DNA of 64,000 nt from Phoronis australis. Taxonomy: Eukaryota > Animalia > Phoronida. The translations under genes and the position numbers were made by a program. Numbering within the stretch: position 1 is the stretch's first letter; every line of letters begins with the position of its first letter. The stretch lies in the NCBI GenBank assembly GCA_002633005.1, contig NMRA01000785.1, positions 62,001 to 126,000 of the forward strand. Direction: 5' to 3'. Below the pieces are notes generated by a model. The model did not search any database and had not been told where the DNA came from. It was given only the letters and a program-made list of their open reading frames with translations. This document shows positions 12,026 to 23,921 of the stretch, in pieces.

Positions 12026-15000
12026 CTAAGCCGGCCATGCACTCGACCCACTTGCACGAGAAATGCCACAGGCTGTGAGCCAAGACCAATAGCTCACTTG
12101 CGAGTTTCTCGTTAGTCACTGTGACGTCACCGGAAAGGGGGCAAAACCCGCCATATTGCTCTTGTTTTGCCCCGAGTCTTTGCTACACACGCTAAAACTT
12201 ACTTGAGTTCTTATGGTGAATTTTACGCCTAAAACGTTAAAAGAACTTAAGATATGGTAGATGGGTCGTGGAATAACTGTGGATGGACGAAGAAAATGTG
12301 AACTTGTTATGTTATGCTGTGAACGGACTGAAATTGGAACCTAACCCGCTCTAGGCCTGAAAAGCGATAGGCACATGCATACAGGGGCGATAGTGTATCC
12401 CCATAAAAAGATATTCACTTCAAAATACAGCAAATAAAATCAAATCAAACATGCATATGTGCACATGAATTTATAATTAACACATACCCTGACTCTGGAC
12501 ACAATTTAGTCTACAAATAACTTGAGCATATTCATGAAAACCTCGCGGTTCTTCCGAGTTTCTCTCACTAGCCGCCATTTTGAGGAAGTTACGTGAGAAT
12601 AACGCCTGTTGACGAACAAAAAGTCCAAGGGACACAAATCTTACAAATTTCACTTGATATTTTCTCATGCTATTTTGCAAGTGTCACGCGCCAGATCTCG
12701 CGCTTCGTTCAGTCTCGCGCTAGCCTTTGCCTCATACTCACCTGACTCAGTTGAAATGATTGTGGTTATCGCGCGCGCGGACAAAGTTAAGAGTAACCAC
12801 AAAGTGGAGTTGGAATTCTTCGCCAAAGTCACTTGAATTCCCGTATATATGCTTCATCGAAGATATTTTTAGAAGCATAAAGAGTCACTGAAGAAAGTAA
12901 GAGCCTTTTAGGTGGTAATTTTGTGTGTAGAATGTATTTTTGACGAGGTGAAAACTTTATCAGTGAGCGGATTTCGCCTACCGCCCGTTTAAAATACACG
13001 GCCGACGAAATTAGTACAGATCTCGATAGATCGTATCTGAAGTTCATTTGCCATAACAGCAATGCTTTTTGGACATTTTTCGAACTAACTCATGGGCGGC
13101 CCACCATAGCTAGGTGTCTGGGGGGCTATGGAGACCACACTTTTTGAGACACATGGTCAAGACGGTAGAAACTCTTTAAAAAATTCGTCAGGTTACATTT
13201 TCATTTGGAATTTCCCTGTTTTGAACTGCTGAAGTTGTGCTTCATAGTGAATTATAAACACGTACGGAGTACTTGCATACATGTATGTAGGGCCTAAATT
13301 CACGTGTGCGTGTGTGTTTATACAGTACACGTATACGTGCGAGTAAGTGTGTGTGTGTGTACGTCGCATGCATTTATGCATGTGTGCATATACATCGTAT
13401 GTAGTGTAAACTTCTTTATTTTCGCCATACATCTTTTTGGTGGCATGTCTGCGACAACTAAAATTGGTCTACTAACGAGATAATTATGCGCATTGTAATG
13501 CTGTTTTGTGGTCCTTGCCAACTGAGCAGTCCATTCAGCCATACGCTAAATCACCGCGAGTGCTCTTGCCTAGTCTCTCGTTACCCACTAAATGATCGAT
13601 CAAATATAATTGATTTAAAACTCACTGCATGAAGTCTCGTTATTCCAACAACTATTCGTTTATTCTTGATGTAATATTTTCCCGTAGTAAATTCTCAGTG
13701 ATGTGTATTTGCTTTTAATGAGCTGGGAGCAGGTTTCATATAAAAGATCGATGGTTTCAATAACATTCATTAACCTGGATAAACTTTGGACTTAGATCGG
13801 ATATGAGAAACGCAAGCCAAGTTTCCAAGCAATTTCCGTGAAGTAACGCTGACAAACGGATAGAACAGGTACATGTAATGTTGTAGTCCATTAAACGTAC
13901 ATGTACATGTATGCTTGTCATGTTACGTTTTGCGTGGAACGTGTCTCATACCTGTGGCTTAACATGTGTCGATTTCAAACCTATAACCCTTCAGTTTTCA
14001 AAAGTTTCATGGGAATTTTTGAGTAGTCGCAACTGTTACATGTATAAACGTCGCCATTAAGCGAGGGCTACAATTAATTCATTTTTTTTTTCTTAGATCT
14101 GAGTTCTGCAGCCCATAGGCAAATATTTTGTCATTTAGTCACTGAGTAGCGACGGGATGAACATAGTTGAAGGGTCGTGTTAACCTTCTCATGAATGTCA
14201 CATGGAATTCATATGAAAGTTTCCAAAACATTTCTTTCTTTGGAATTATCGTATTTTTTGCCCGAAAGGTTGTCAAAAATAAACATTGAGGTTTTTTTAA
14301 ACCTCAGAAGGTGCATAAAATGAAAACGTACACTGTAGTGATATTTTAGAAAACACCGCTTTGAGTTTTTGTCTTGAACACCTGTGTCAAATAAAATTTG
14401 TTATTGATACCATTTGTACCAATCTAGCTCTCTTCTTTCTAAGTTTTACTGAGAAAAAATGTTGTACAGACAGTTGTAAAGTCAACAATCAAATTCTACA
14501 GACGTTCAACTTTCAGAAAACATAAAGCAGTATTCGGAGTCAAAAACTACGACTTTCTTAAATATGCAACTAAATACACAAACGTGTCAGTCATGCACTA
14601 CACGACAACGTTCAAGAAGAAACAGACCATGATTTTCAACTCATGTTTAACATATTGATCCATGATAACCCACTACCGGCCCAAAACTTTCCGTTAGAAA
14701 TGTCAGTCCAGTCAATACTCTATGAACCACAGACATTAAACGCATGCACAAAATATAAAGTGAAAATTAACAAAAATGATTGTTAATGTACCTGTAGCTT
14801 CACAAAGACCATTGCTGTTCCGTTTATTTTTCTACTCCACTGTCACACTTTATTTCCGTAACATTAATTTCGGTAAGAGAAGTATAGTGGTCCAGTGATT
14901 AATATGGTATTCAAGAATTGCTCAACTTATAATGGAAAAAATATCCATTGATTGGCCCTCAGATTTTCTGAGATTGTTCCGGACAATTGTGTAGTTCATA

Positions 15001-16998
15001 ACTGTTTTACTGGAAACGTTAAGCCAGTCAAAGAAACTATAAACGGCAAAAGCAATATTACACAATTCACGAGAAACGGAAATACAGTGACCCCCGAGTT
15101 ATAACGGAGCTCGCAGATCGATTGCGATGTTGCGAGTATTGTTGCAAAGCTCTCTTAACGTGCAAACACAGCAGTAGTCAGTGAAACGTCACGCAAGAAC
15201 CACACAGCGCAGAGATTCACGATATTGACCACAAAAAGGCGAACGGTGTAGTTGTAATCATCTCACATTGGCCTCAGCTTACTTTAACGAGGCGGTTACT
15301 TGGTAAGTTGCTACGGTTGTGCGCGGAACTGCTTCTGCTGAGAGTGCTGTCAGCTGACTAGTGGATTCTTGTATGTTTATGGCAACCTGAAAGTGACCGC
15401 GCTTCCTTCGGGGAGTCCTTTCCGCAAAGGGACGACGAAGAACTACACGTAAATCATGGCGTTTAAAATATAAACAATACTTGAGCGTCAATCACTTCCT
15501 TGTTTTTTTGTCGGGTATAGGAACAATTAAAATGATACTGACTGAAGACATACAATGTCAGGACACTGCTATAAGAAACTTTCAGTTTTGGTGTTTGTAA
15601 CATATTTATTTTCGGACTCGTCGGTATATCCCTGATATGCATATTTTGTACATGTATAACCTTCCATGTCAAAATTATGAGTAACCTTAGAAAGTAGTCA
15701 ACATGTGCTTAGATCCGGAACAGTTTATTTCGGAGTCCTATGAAACTTTTCAGACACCGCATTTATGTAATTCCGTCCAAACTATATCAGTAGAAATTGA
15801 TTTTAAAGTTTCCTTTTTGCGTTATTGCTTTCATTATTTCGAGAACATTAGTAGCATTTATGTCACAATACTGTGGTGTCTAGATTTACCAAGCTTATTT
15901 TTTCACTAAATTTTGCTAACAAAAATAGCTGTCACGTGACTCATCAATGCCAGGTTAGTTCTGCACTGTTGTCTACACTCAGAACCTTGATGCATGTATA
16001 TTTTCCGACTTGAATTTCACGTGGTTGGGTAGACCTAGAAAATTAACTCACAGACTTGCTCTGTCAGTGGGATTCGTACATCTGCAAGTTCATTTTTGAC
16101 AACAATCGCTGTGGTTCACACAATTATCGGTCGTATAATTCCACTTGTCATAGTTCTTATTTACACAGAGCGATTACTAGGACTGATTGGAGTGCAAAAT
16201 TGGTTCAACCCGGCAATTCTCATTTATTATTTGTGTTCGTCTGCTCACCTTGTCTTGTCCAAATTAACACAGCACGTGACTAACACAGCGTAAAACATAA
16301 AGCTGCATTTTGCCCTGCAATATTGTCTCATCACGCGCTGACCGCGACAGGATTCTACACGTATACCTGCTACCAATGTTAGTCACGTGCAATTTTAGGG
16401 CTGGGAAACCCCAAAAATCCAATAATTATCAACTGTTTTCTTAAGTTGAAATTGGCTTTAAATTTCCTTTAGGTAAAATGTATCGGACATAGAATCTTAT
16501 CGTGGTAATACATAACGATTTTATGAGAGTGAAAGACACTTGTCCACCTTACTAGCCAGATAATTGGAGCGAAATTCAAATTTAAATAGTTGTCAAATTG
16601 GGTGCAACACCTGTGTAGAAAAGTCCAAGGTACGTCCACGGGCGCATGCACTTTATTTAAACGTACACGCTTATTTATCGTTTCAGGTTGATGGACTTAC
16701 CCAAAGCGTCTGACCTGACGAAACATAAAAAACATTGGTCCCATAAACTGAGAGTCTGTGAAATTGTGCGGCGGTAAAATGGGCACTTTCGTAATGACGA
16801 ATAGCAAACAAATGTTTCCCGGTAACTTGCGATACTACAGCAACAGTGCTCCTGCCAAACGAACCAATAGACGAAGACCGTCAACAGCGCCCTCTCGAGT
16901 CAGCTGCGAGAGACAAAAGCCATCGAATATATCTGTGCACGACATGGGGTAAATGCCGGCTTGCATTATTAGTTATGTTTGTCCTTAAATCCTCTCAC

Positions 16999-17194
16999 GG
17001 AATATAAATCGGTAAATAAAACAACAAGAATGGATCAACTGAAATTTGAAATTTTCGGATGTAATAACTTCCTTGTCATTTTGTGTTTGATTTTACTTTA
17101 TTCCTGTTTTTGTTGACAAAGGAAGTTATTACATCCGAAAATTTCAAATTTCAGTTGATCCATTCTTGCTGTTTTATTTACCGATTTATATTCC
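16999..17194. repeat. Long near-perfect inverted repeat (~80-bp arms, ~35-nt T-rich loop)
   Basis: The left arm GGAATATAAATCGG...CTTCCTTGTCA (16999-17078) is the reverse complement of the right arm TGACAAAGGAAG...CCGATTTATATTCC (17114-17194), apart from about 2 differences. Confidence 0.95.
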
Positions 17195-18279
17195 TCATTT
17201 CATGAAACAATAGTATCCTTGGGAGGATCTGGATCGCCTTATTTAGTTTCAGATATATTTTCTACGTTATTTCACGGAATACAAATGTAGTCAAATCGCG
17301 TACTGTATTTCTTACATCATGAATCACACAATGGCTCTTACTAACAGAGCTCGTTCTTTTCAGCGAGTCCAATTATCCTAGTTAAAGGTGTCATAACTGA
17401 GGTTCACGCATGCGCAGACACGTAACACCACCGATCATTCGGAAAACTTGGGGTACTTTTGCAGCATCAATTGTCGCGCTAGCCTCGATCCGGCTTTCAG
17501 TGCGTAAATGTCTTCGCGTCAGCCAGAATGCAGTCAACATCTTGACCATAGACTTCCTTATTCGGAAAGTCTCATTGGTTGACTAGCCTCACAGGTGTCG
17601 CTACTTTCGAGTGTAAAGAAGACTATAGAGTACATAAACAGTTTGTTATTTCATTCTGTTTCTATAAAGGATAACTACCTCATTATGGGAATAGTACGAA
17701 AACAATTGTACTGCCTGTAGGATAAGTTTTACTTCAATGATGCACATTTACTGCTAACAGCTAGCAGAGAGTGAGATTACACTATAGGTGGCGCTGTACT
17801 GGGTGGACACCAAGGTCACGATAATACATGGGTCGTGCACCCTTGTTGGGAGGGCCAGCCTTCATTGGCAAGTTACCAGACGGTATTGTTATCACCAGTC
17901 AATCAGCTAGATACTATAAAGTCCCTCTTTGTGTTTCACTTCACTGCATGTGCAAAAGTCAATCACTCCAGCAAATCACTTGACGATCAAACTGTAATAT
18001 CTGCGTTGAGTTCAGTAACGGTAGCATCTCGATAGAAAAACAATATCTGCATGGTGAGATATCGCTGTGCATATTCAAAGATATTGACAATCCTAGCTTG
18101 TAACCGCGAGGCATCTGTTGAATTCAACCCTGGTTTGAGATTAATATAACAAAATTAAAGTAAGAAGTGACACCGTCACATGAACTTAGTTCTCACCATA
18201 ACTCCAACTCTATATGTAACTCGTTCACAAAAAGTAACCCCAAACCAATCCTCAACACATACCGTCCATGACGTTGACG

Positions 18280-18335
18280 CTATAACCTAACCTACCCCTA
18301 ACCACTCACCCTAATACTACTGAACCCTAAACTCT
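18280..18335 (+). repeat. Degenerate telomere-like (TAACCC/CCCTAA) simple repeat
   Basis: taacctaacctacccctaaccactcaccctaatactactgaaccctaaactct. Confidence 0.5.
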
Positions 18336-18922
18336 GTAAGAGTGACGTCTCATTTCCGCCTGTTGTCTGATCCCGCTGCTTGGTTTGATAGTGTCGAACG
18401 CTGTGATACTAGACACTAGCAATGAAATATTAGTAGGCGATATAAAGGTTGATAACGAGGTTACGTACGATTTTGAACATCCGGGTCTTTGTAATCAGTT
18501 CGAAATTGTTTTTAAACAGTTCTATTCTTCTGTAGTATCTACTGATGATAAGTGTCAATTATAATATGGTTTACGTGGATGACTCAGTATTTAATCCAAT
18601 TCTGAACTTGATGACCCCAGCAATAAAATCCTAAGTCAATAAAATCCTAAGTTCGAGTGCGATCTCAAAATCTTCATAATCGAAATCTCTAACTTTTACT
18701 CGTGTTTGTAGCTCGAATCTATACAGACAATCAGGTAGGAACTGAGTTGGCACACAGATTTGAGTAATCCAGAATACGTAATCTTATCCAGCTTTTATAC
18801 AAAGAAAACCGGGAAATAAAACACTAAGTATCAAGATCAGAGCCCGAGCGGTACTGAGAGTACTAGTGTTATGATTAAAGTTCGCACACTCGCGAATATC
18901 AGATACCGATGGGTACCGGTAG

Positions 18923-19812
18923 TTCGAGGCTACGAAAGTACCCGGGTTGTTACGGATAACCTCCGACGGGAAATTTGAGGTGCCGAAAATACCCGAAGAG
19001 TTCAGGATAAACATACCACGTGACACTGCTTACGCATACGTGAAGTAGGTTTATTGTTATTCCTATTAACAATAGCCGTGTTCCGAATGGAAATAGCGTT
19101 CCGCATTCGAGAGACCTAAGGCGAATTGCTGAGCTAAGAAACCTCTCTGTAAGTGAGAAATTTGCCCGACGTTTGAACCACGAGGTACCATTATGTCCTC
19201 CATGATTACTACAAAATAACAGTTTGTCTTACCGTCTGTGCTTCCAATCGAGTAAAGTGTACGGTATCTGGACCAGACCTTCACACGTCCCTTCTTTTCA
19301 CATGAATGTCACGTAATATAATGGAAACTTCTTAACGCTATTCTTGTTGGAACACTAGCTTACTTTATTTCAAAGAACATCGTGATTTCCAAGATCCTGG
19401 TATATAGGCACTGAGATGATTAAATATCGAAATCCGATAAACTTAAATGAATGTCCATTTTCCCAGGTACCTGATCGGAAGAGTGAGTCGTCCCACAATG
19501 GCGAGTCGAGCTAGGTCAGCGACCACTGCTCCAAAGGCAATTCGTCAAAACGACAAAGACAGGACACCAGAGAATGCATCACCAAAAAGAAACCTAAAAG
19601 TGTTACTTTTAAAAATTGACGACAAGGACAGGTTTTGTGGAAGAAAAAAATTATCTGCTAAAGAAATACAACGATGTGTTAACCGGCTGTCAAAGAATGA
19701 CTCGCCGCTTCCACAAGAACAGTGTGCCTCGACTCGACAACAGTTCGGAAATGTGCAGAGCTTGAGATGGGCAGGAGTCAGTGAATCGAAATATTTGAAA
19801 TCCTATCTTTGA
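18923..19812 (+). CDS. Uncharacterised small basic protein with RxSRPT / RF.GRKK.S..EI...V.RLS motifs (exons 18923-19044 and 19467-19812; 5' end unresolved)
   Basis: Strong acceptor ccattttcccag at 19466, followed by an open frame to TGA at 19812. An upstream open segment FEATKVPGLLRITSDGKFEVPKIPEEFRINIPRDTAYAYV ends at a phase-2 donor (AA|gtaggt, 19044) that matches the phase of the downstream exon. An alternative start is the ATG at 19498. Confidence 0.6.
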
Positions 19813-20520
19813 GGGACTGATCTGATGTGAACATGTATTTTTTACTAGTTTTCTGCTCACCGAATATTTATTTATCTATAACTGTTCATCATTTATGATA
19901 GGTCTGAGTGAAATAATCAACCTGTATTAAGTTATCTGTCTCTTTAATGTGCGTTTGTAGGCCTATGTACAAAATCAACTGTGGTATGCTTTTAATTGTA
20001 CAGAACCTTCAGGTATTAGATGTCTCGACAAATACTCCGCTTGTACCTGTATCCAGCTGATGGTTTTAAAGTTGTAGATATTTTCTCTATTTTTGTATTA
20101 CACCCTAGATTACTAAGTTAAATTAAAATCTCTTCGCCCCATCTCATTGTTTGTAGTTGACGTTTTTAAGTATGCGCATATGTAAACAAAGACGTATGCG
20201 CTGATTTGAAAGTTCGCACTCATGTTTTGGCCAAAAACTATCACGTTTATAAACAGCGAATCAAAAAGTATATTCTACGTGCAACATTTAATTCATTGTC
20301 TCTCCAGAGTTCTTAAACAGTACACACCATGGAATTTTGCACATTTTGAATTACCGGTGGCCACAGACTAAATGTATGACGTAAAATTTAGCTAAACCCA
20401 TGTTTATTTTGTGTAATTAGCTCGAAATTTTGATTTTTCTTTCAATTTTGCCAATTTTCACATTTCCCGCCATGTGACGTCATGGGTTGAACACAAGAGA
20501 TCAGTGACCAGCATTGAACA

Positions 20521-20790
20521 ATGGCGGAGAGCAGTGAATTTGAAAGCGACGACGATTATGAGCAAGAATTAAATAAATACTATGAAGAAACGTACGGGAA
20601 TGGTGGCCAGGATGAGGAAATGGGGTTGCACGAAAGCGAGAACAAGTTTGATGTCCTTCCGGCTGCGTACTTTTCTACTTTGAGCCTTACGAACTGGATC
20701 CTCCCGCGAGAGAACCGGCCTCGGGCTCGGCGAGTCAACCCAGTCATCCAACAGACGATCCTGAATTAAGAGCCGATGTTTCTGAATGAT
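20521..20790 (+). pseudogene. KolX-like (Kolobok accessory protein) N-terminal remnant
   Basis: Acidic N-terminus MAESSEFESDDDYEQE..., then AYF followed by a duplicated/frameshifted YFEPYELDPP segment. This resembles the PYxFEP motif that precedes the P2X7-ballast-like domain of KolX. It is truncated by the deletion. Confidence 0.5.
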
Positions 20791-20802
20791 AAATATTGTC
20801 CT

Positions 20803-21041
20803 TTATTGAACCAGGCCTTCATCGTAACATCTCCTGTGACTGGAGTTGAAACACGAGTCCTCAAAGTGGGCAAAACACAGAGTGGCCCCGGACCGAATCG
20901 CTTGGTCCACGATGAGGTCCCACACTCTCGTTCGGCGCACGAAGCGATGTCACTTCAGCGCAACTTTGGTGTCCTTCGGAACACCGAGACGTTCTCCGCC
21001 TGTCTGCTGTTGCTGCAGCCTCCGGCAACATATCTTTTGAT
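20803..21041 (-). pseudogene. Degenerate THAP zinc-finger domain (transposase N-terminus)
   Basis: The minus strand reads IKRYVAGGCSNSRQAENVSVF/(frameshift)PKDTKVALK*HRFVRRTRVWDLIVDQAIRSGATLCFAHFEDSCF. This matches the THAP pattern CxxxxC..F.FP....W..F....W....LCxxHF, with C>Y, W>stop and a frameshift. Confidence 0.85.
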
Positions 21042-21573
21042 CCCTCTACGAACCTTCTCGACGCTAAATGTACTTTGCTTTCACTTCACTCTATACACTT
21101 GGTCTCTGATCCGAACAGTATGGCAAACGACTTGGGTTCAACCCATGACGTTGTACATAATTATTATTTTTTTCAATTTTTGCGTGTTTCTTTATGAGCT
21201 GTGCACTAAAGGCACTGAAATCAAGTAAGATATAATAATAAAATTTATTTTGAGGTACTAGAGTCATGTTGTGTACACTTTAAAACTGAATAGAATTGAA
21301 GTAGAAGTAGATAGGCCTGTCTTCCAAAAGGACACATTTTAGAAGGGTCGTTTTCCACGTGAAATGTGTATGTTAGTGTGAGTTTATTTGCCACCATATC
21401 TTGATTATTTTAGAAAAGAAATAGTTATTCCAACACATGACGTCACGATTTCCCTCCAAAACACCACAATAGTCAAACGTCAGTAATGCTGCTTCGCGGA
21501 GTCCTTCTAGAGTCAACACTACGCAAAAGCTAGTCAAATAGTGACTAGCTTTTGCTGCGTTCTATAGTACGCG

Positions 21574-21840
21574 ATGACTTCGGTGATATGCGATCTGATA
21601 CATTCATACAGGCAACTTCTTCTCTATCCAGACGGCAAACTACTCTCAGTGGACCAGCTATTCGCTGCCGTCTGTGATAGCATGCTGGTGCTGAACACCG
21701 ATGCACGTCTTGCAGCAATCGTGGCCTCATGGCTATTCATATTTGGAACATTTAACTTCCTGTTTCCCAACATGGTGAAAAGGTTGTCATGGCGAAAAGT
21801 AAGGCATTTCATTTTTCGAACTTGCAATTTAATGTCTTAA
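21574..21840 (+). mobile_element. Possible decayed transposon-associated ORF fragment (SAMD3-like 'A...F..FN..FP' motif)
   Basis: LSVDQLFAAVCDSMLVLNTDARLAAIVASWLFIFGTFNFLFP resembles the (F/Y)xFNxx(Y/F)P motif of SAMD3-like proteins carried by animal DNA transposons. The similarity is weak and judged by eye only. Confidence 0.3.
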
Positions 21841-22483
21841 TATTGTTTTAATAGCTTAAATTGTAAGATCAGTTTTGAAGGTGATGTTTGGGTAAGTATG
21901 AGTCCCGCATCATGCTCTGCAAACCTTTCAGTCGTCGATAATTCGACTCCGCACCACTCACACATTGCCTTCAAGTAAGTACACTGTATAAAACTTAGCG
22001 AATACCCGTCTCTGGAACAGAGCTGAAGGGCCACCGAAACGTTTTTCTCAAATTTGTGAAAGTTATAATTGAAACTTCTTTTAAAGCCTGGGAGACCACT
22101 TCAGGGAATACACTGATTTTCGAGTGGGACGAGTAGGAAATAAAAATATGAAGTAAAATAGAGAGCTTTGTATACTTAGATTGAAAAAATAAATAGATAA
22201 AATAAATTGGTATATCCATTAGTTAATATGTGCATCAATCAAAAGAACGGGATATAATTACCTACATGTATTCGCTGCGTAAGTAGTAAGAAAATTGAAT
22301 CCCCCGACATTTTCAGGCCCGTGGACGGGTCTTACCGGTTAAATTCAGCCTGATTTTATCTTTCTCTAACGACAAATCAAATCGTCTGTCATCATTTTAC
22401 TCTCAGTTTTTACCTTATGACGTCATGAAGCGACCGAATACAGCCAATGAGCCACAGTGAGTGCTTCGGTTCATCAGCAGGCG

Positions 22484-23921
22484 GCTCCGAAAAAAACGAA
22501 AATGGCGGAGAGGCAAGCAAATAGTAAAACGTCGAATATGGGAGAGAATAAGTTGTTTAAAAGCTTGATTTGCGAGCAGTTTTATTTTCCGTATCGTTTC
22601 TGCAGACGCGTTTTTGCACTCGATAGTACTTTTGATGTGTTCAGGTTAATGCTAGATGTGCAATTCGAGTGTGGGCACTATGAACTGTCAGACCTGGTTA
22701 TATCTTGCATCCTTTTGCTTCTCGGCCGCAATAACGACGAATAAAGTCACTTGCCATCTTATACATGCAATTCAAGAGCATGACTCGGTGACGTCATAAA
22801 AATAAGTAGTGGCCCTAAAGTCAAGCATGAGACCATAGTTTAGGGACTCACCAATAGGTGAAAATGACGTACACTGTATTAAACACCGTACAGTAAATGC
22901 CGTGCCACCTACTTAGCAAGCACTTTTGAAGCGCTTCATTTCCGTCCGTTCAAATTTTGAGGATAATTTTCTTCAGGTGATCACAATGTGAACGCGCACT
23001 AGTCAATATGTGACCCACCACGACAAAATGAGTCTTAAGTCGGAAACTCAATTTCCTGACAAGACTGCAAACAGTCGCTATCGGTTAAAATTAGGTCAAA
23101 TTTTTTTATTGCAGATTATGATTATTTATTCATTCTACTCCACAAAACAATACTTTAAAACGATCAAACTTCATTTTAAACCTTATTTGTTTCATTTTGA
23201 AAAACATCACCTTCTCCACGACTGCATATCTCGTGAAATTTTCATCGAAATTTGCCGGTTTTCGTGTCCTCATTGATCAGTCTTCCGATGACCCAATTTC
23301 GCTCGTAAACACATCAACAGAAAGGTCAAACTCTGCTCATTATGCATGTAGTAATCTCTTTGAGTTTTTCGTCCAATCATAAGTCGTTATTTCACTTTTN
23401 GCTCCGAAAAAACGAAAATGGCGGAGAGGCAAGCAAATAGTAAAACGTCGAATATGGGAGAGAATAAGTTGTTTAAAAGCTTGATTTGCGAGCAGTTTTA
23501 TTTTCCGTATCGTTTCTGCAGACGCGTTTTTGCACTCGATAGTACTTTTGATGTGTTCAGGTTAATGCTAGATGTGCAATTCGAGTGTGGGCACTATGAA
23601 CTGTCAGACCTGGTTATATCTTGCATCCTTTTGCTTCTCGGCAATAGCGACGAATAAAGTCACTTGCCATCTTATACATGCAATTCAAGAGCATGACTCG
23701 GTGACATCATAAAAATAAGTAGTGGCCCTAAAGTCAACCATGAGACCATAGTTTAGGGACTCACCAATAGGTGAAAATGACGTACACTGTATTAAACACC
23801 GTACAGTAAATGCCGTGCCACCTACTTAGCAAGCTCTTTTGAAGCGCTTCATTTCCGTCCGTTCAAATTTTGAGGATAATTTTCTTCAGGTGATCACAAT
23901 ATGAACGCACACTAGTCAATA
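22484..23921. repeat. Tandem near-identical duplication (22484-23009 vs 23401-23921) across an N; probable haplotigs
   Basis: Duplicated 'MAERQANSK...' ORFs and an 'n' at 23400. The copies diverge after AGTCAATAT. Confidence 0.85.

Larger units (their letters stand above)
20317..21279. mobile_element. Internally deleted, non-autonomous Kolobok-type DNA transposon
   Basis: TTAA at both ends (20313-20316 and 21280-21283). Imperfect TIRs ACAGTACACACCATG and (reverse complement) AGTGTACACAACATG. It contains convergent THAP and acidic 'Y.FEP'-type ORF remnants. Confidence 0.75.

Noticed and set aside
22020-22045. CTGAAG...CCGAAACGT hammerhead/Penelope-like motif (similar ones near 37690, 52390, 59140)
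   Set aside because: The CUGANGA core and stems I-III are incomplete, so a ribozyme cannot be supported without a covariance-model search.
22457-23657. Duplicated 'MAERQANSK' ORFs as a tandem gene pair
   Set aside because: They arise from the N-joined duplication. AAAATGGCGG is a common YY1-like motif in transposon/promoter DNA, and the peptide is unrecognisable.
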